A stretch of DNA of 52,836 nt, the filler included, from Sphacelaria rigidula (lineage: Eukaryota), in NCBI GenBank assembly GCA_964200075.2. It is 4 parts of 4 records of this genome, joined end to end, with 100 filler letters (N's around TTAATTAATTAA, not from the genome) between each part and the next. Parts side by side here need not be neighbours in the genome. Positions count along the whole stretch, not along the records: positions 39,704 to 52,836 come from CAXNAA020003123.1; 3 more parts are not named here. One strand, written 5' to 3'. The notes under the pieces are model-generated. The model was given only the letters and a program-made list of their open reading frames with translations. It did not search any database and had not been told where the DNA came from. This document shows positions 50,326 to 52,836 of this stretch, one piece after another. The position numbers and the translations under genes are program-made. The stretch's first letter is position 1. Each line of letters opens with the position of its first letter.

Positions 50326-52569
50326 TTAATCCTTTGACCGGTAGGGTAAGTCATCTGTACCACGCTGTAATTTGTGAAGTCTAAGTAACTGATGCCGATT
50401 CAACAACAGATAACCTATCATGGCGATCAAAAGGTCAAATTCGTTGCCACTATATGGGTTCTTGGTTTGCGGGGGCGGTCAGTTCCTCAGGTTCACTTTT
50501 GATTGTGATGCGTTGTGTTGAGCCTTCGTACATACTCATCGTCCATGTTGCTCTTCGGGCTGAAAACGAAAAATAAAAATGAAAATCGAACCGGCATCAT
50601 GCTCATGAAACACTTTGAGGACACGACAAAATTTTCCCGCCGCTTTCCATCAACCATTTGACGGCGAAAATTAGGTCATCTCTTGAAGTGGCATCAATTT
50701 CACTCAATAAAACTATCCATGATCCAGATTTGCTACCGTGCTCAGCCCATGAGCTTACACAACGCACACAGCTATCACCGGTGCTCATGTACCTTGGCTG
50801 ACGATCTACTGATCGTGGCGGCGAAGCCGCAGAAACGCCACGTTGCGGTTGTCGTGTGCTGAACTGTCCTGCTATTTCTGGAGCCTGTTTGGTACAATGG
50901 GTCATGTCTGTGACGTTGAATCCGGGGTTGACCGTGTTTCGGGGGATACCGGTCGCTACTGCTGGTCGACTGTTCTTTGCTGTTTATGGACGGCTTTCGC
51001 ACGACGGGATAGTCTGCCATGTTGAATCCGTGGTCGTCGTTTACCGTGTTTCGGGGGATATCGGTCGCTACTGTTGGTCGATTGTTGCCTTACTTCTTCC
51101 GTTTCTCTTATATACCCACTACATTGCGGGTATTGCCTGCTTCGTTGTTGCCCACGAAGGAGGGGGAATGAATATTTTATGCCCTTTCACTTGCTGTTTC
51201 TGGACCCTGTTCCGTACGATGGGCGTTTCTGCGGTGCAATAGTACTGGACTCATGGTTGCGAACACTCGTGTGTGTCCGTCGCAAGTCTTTGTGTCCCCG
51301 GGTATCGGGTTCTTATTCGTTGCTGTGGGTGGAAAACGTAAATGAGTGTCTTCGTATCTGTTCTCCGACGGTGGAGGTAGTATTTTGCCCGTTCTACCGT
51401 ATCGGTACAATCGTCAAAACATCACTAAGCCTCTTCTCCATATCTTACCCCCGGGACACGGGTCTCCATACGCACACAGCGCAATATATTGCACTTGAAG
51501 CTATGATCTGTTCCGTCACCTAATGCGAGTAACGATGACCGGTCCTCATGTGCCTTGGCTATCGATCTCATTGAGCGTGGCGGCGGAAGCCGCCGAACCC
51601 CTTACATATATATACTATTTATCACGTGATTTCTGGTCTATGTGACGTGTATCACCTGCCATTTGACCTATATGACAATGGAATGACCTGATATTTAACC
51701 TATTCGGAACATGATAACGAGGAATATTGCATAAAGTCATATGTCCCCGCATATATAAGATATGCCGCGTTTCCCAGTGATACTCTCGCCTCTATGTTCT
51801 TATCTCCGTGTCACATCGGTACATGCCATCGGTTGGGACCTGTGCCACACTGGCAATTGTATTGGTGACTCCACCCAAACCACCTGCTCCGAGGTTATAT
51901 TTACATATGTGGTGAAGTGCAGACGTGCAGACAGCAGTAGCATTACGATCAAAAACGGCAATGACGTGAATCATGTCAATGTTCATGTTCCTTCTTCATT
52001 ATTGCTCGCGCCCCAGACGTGATCACTACGACCTTCAGGGCATATCACAGGTCAGGCGGGTATTGTGATAACAAAGCTTCACCGGCCGACTGCGAACGGA
52101 GAAACCCCGACGGAACAAGCGAACCCAAGCAAGAAAAAACTGCAGCAAATCAAAACATAGAAATTTCAGGTGCAAGGGACAAAAACACGGAGAACTCGAT
52201 TCACCTGGCACGGAGTTGCACTACTCCAAAACCCCGAAAAACTAAATTTCACGCCACCCGCTAGCTACCTCCCACTCCCCACTTGTTACGAGAAGCACGT
52301 GCCGATCCTGATTAAATATTGTTCACCATTATTGCGCTTATCCTCTTGCAATAACACTGTCGGGGATGAAGGTGCCTGGGCGTCGCTCATCGCGTCAAAA
52401 GTTCACCTCGGTGGAAAAAGTCTGAGAAATCTCGTGTTCTCTTCGTGTAGGCAGTAGGCAGGTGTCAAAGATATCGCCCACTACTGTATGGCATATTGTT
52501 TTTTCCTTGTCCAAAAACTAAAAATGATTTCCCATCCCAACAAGTATTCCTATTCCATACTCAAACAAA

Positions 52570-52695
52570 CGTTAATTAATTAGTTAATTCATTGGTTATA
52601 ATATATTATTTATTAATTATTTAATTAATTATTTAATTAATTATAATATATAATCAATAAATCAATTAATTAATAAATTAATTATAATATATTAC
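52570..52695. repeat. AT-rich low-complexity tract
   Basis: It is almost only A/T, built from TTAA/ATTA units. Confidence 0.8.
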
Positions 52696-52836
52696 AATCG
52701 TCTTCCCCTTGATAAAAAATAATAATCCAAACCCCAACCCAACCTTGACCCTTTTGGGACTGAAGCTCACTGATACCATGTTCACCATGTCTTAGAAAAA
52801 TAATAAGAAACAAGTCTGGGAGCGACCTGTCCAATC

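Noticed and set aside
52570..52695. A fourth spacer or replication origin
   Set aside because: It has no flanking Ns and is irregular AT-rich low-complexity sequence with no further support.

Overview
This is eukaryotic, intron-rich and repeat-rich DNA. GT-AG introns, the gene content and the repeat style suggest a stramenopile, probably a brown alga (inference). The window is not one locus. Three identical 100-nt spacers (N44-TTAATTAATTAA-N44) join four contigs of 13136, 13134, 13133 and 13133 bp, i.e. size-sorted concatenation. Contig 1 carries a minus-strand CCDC22-like gene with a 516-codon acidic single exon between its N-terminal domain and coiled coil. Contig 2 carries one first exon, possibly of N-myristoyltransferase, followed by nested MITEs. 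Contig 3 carries an 8-exon, all-phase-0 gene for a probable secreted protein with two duplicated modules and a possible degenerate bulb-lectin tail. Contig 4 carries three exons of an ABHD1/3 (YheT-type) alpha/beta hydrolase. The rest is non-autonomous transposons (hAT-, PIF/Harbinger-, Tc1/mariner- and piggyBac-type by TSD), tRNA-derived SINEs and minisatellites. No rRNA, intact tRNA, CRISPR array or transposase ORF was found. All family calls come from manual reading and recalled motifs, not database searches.
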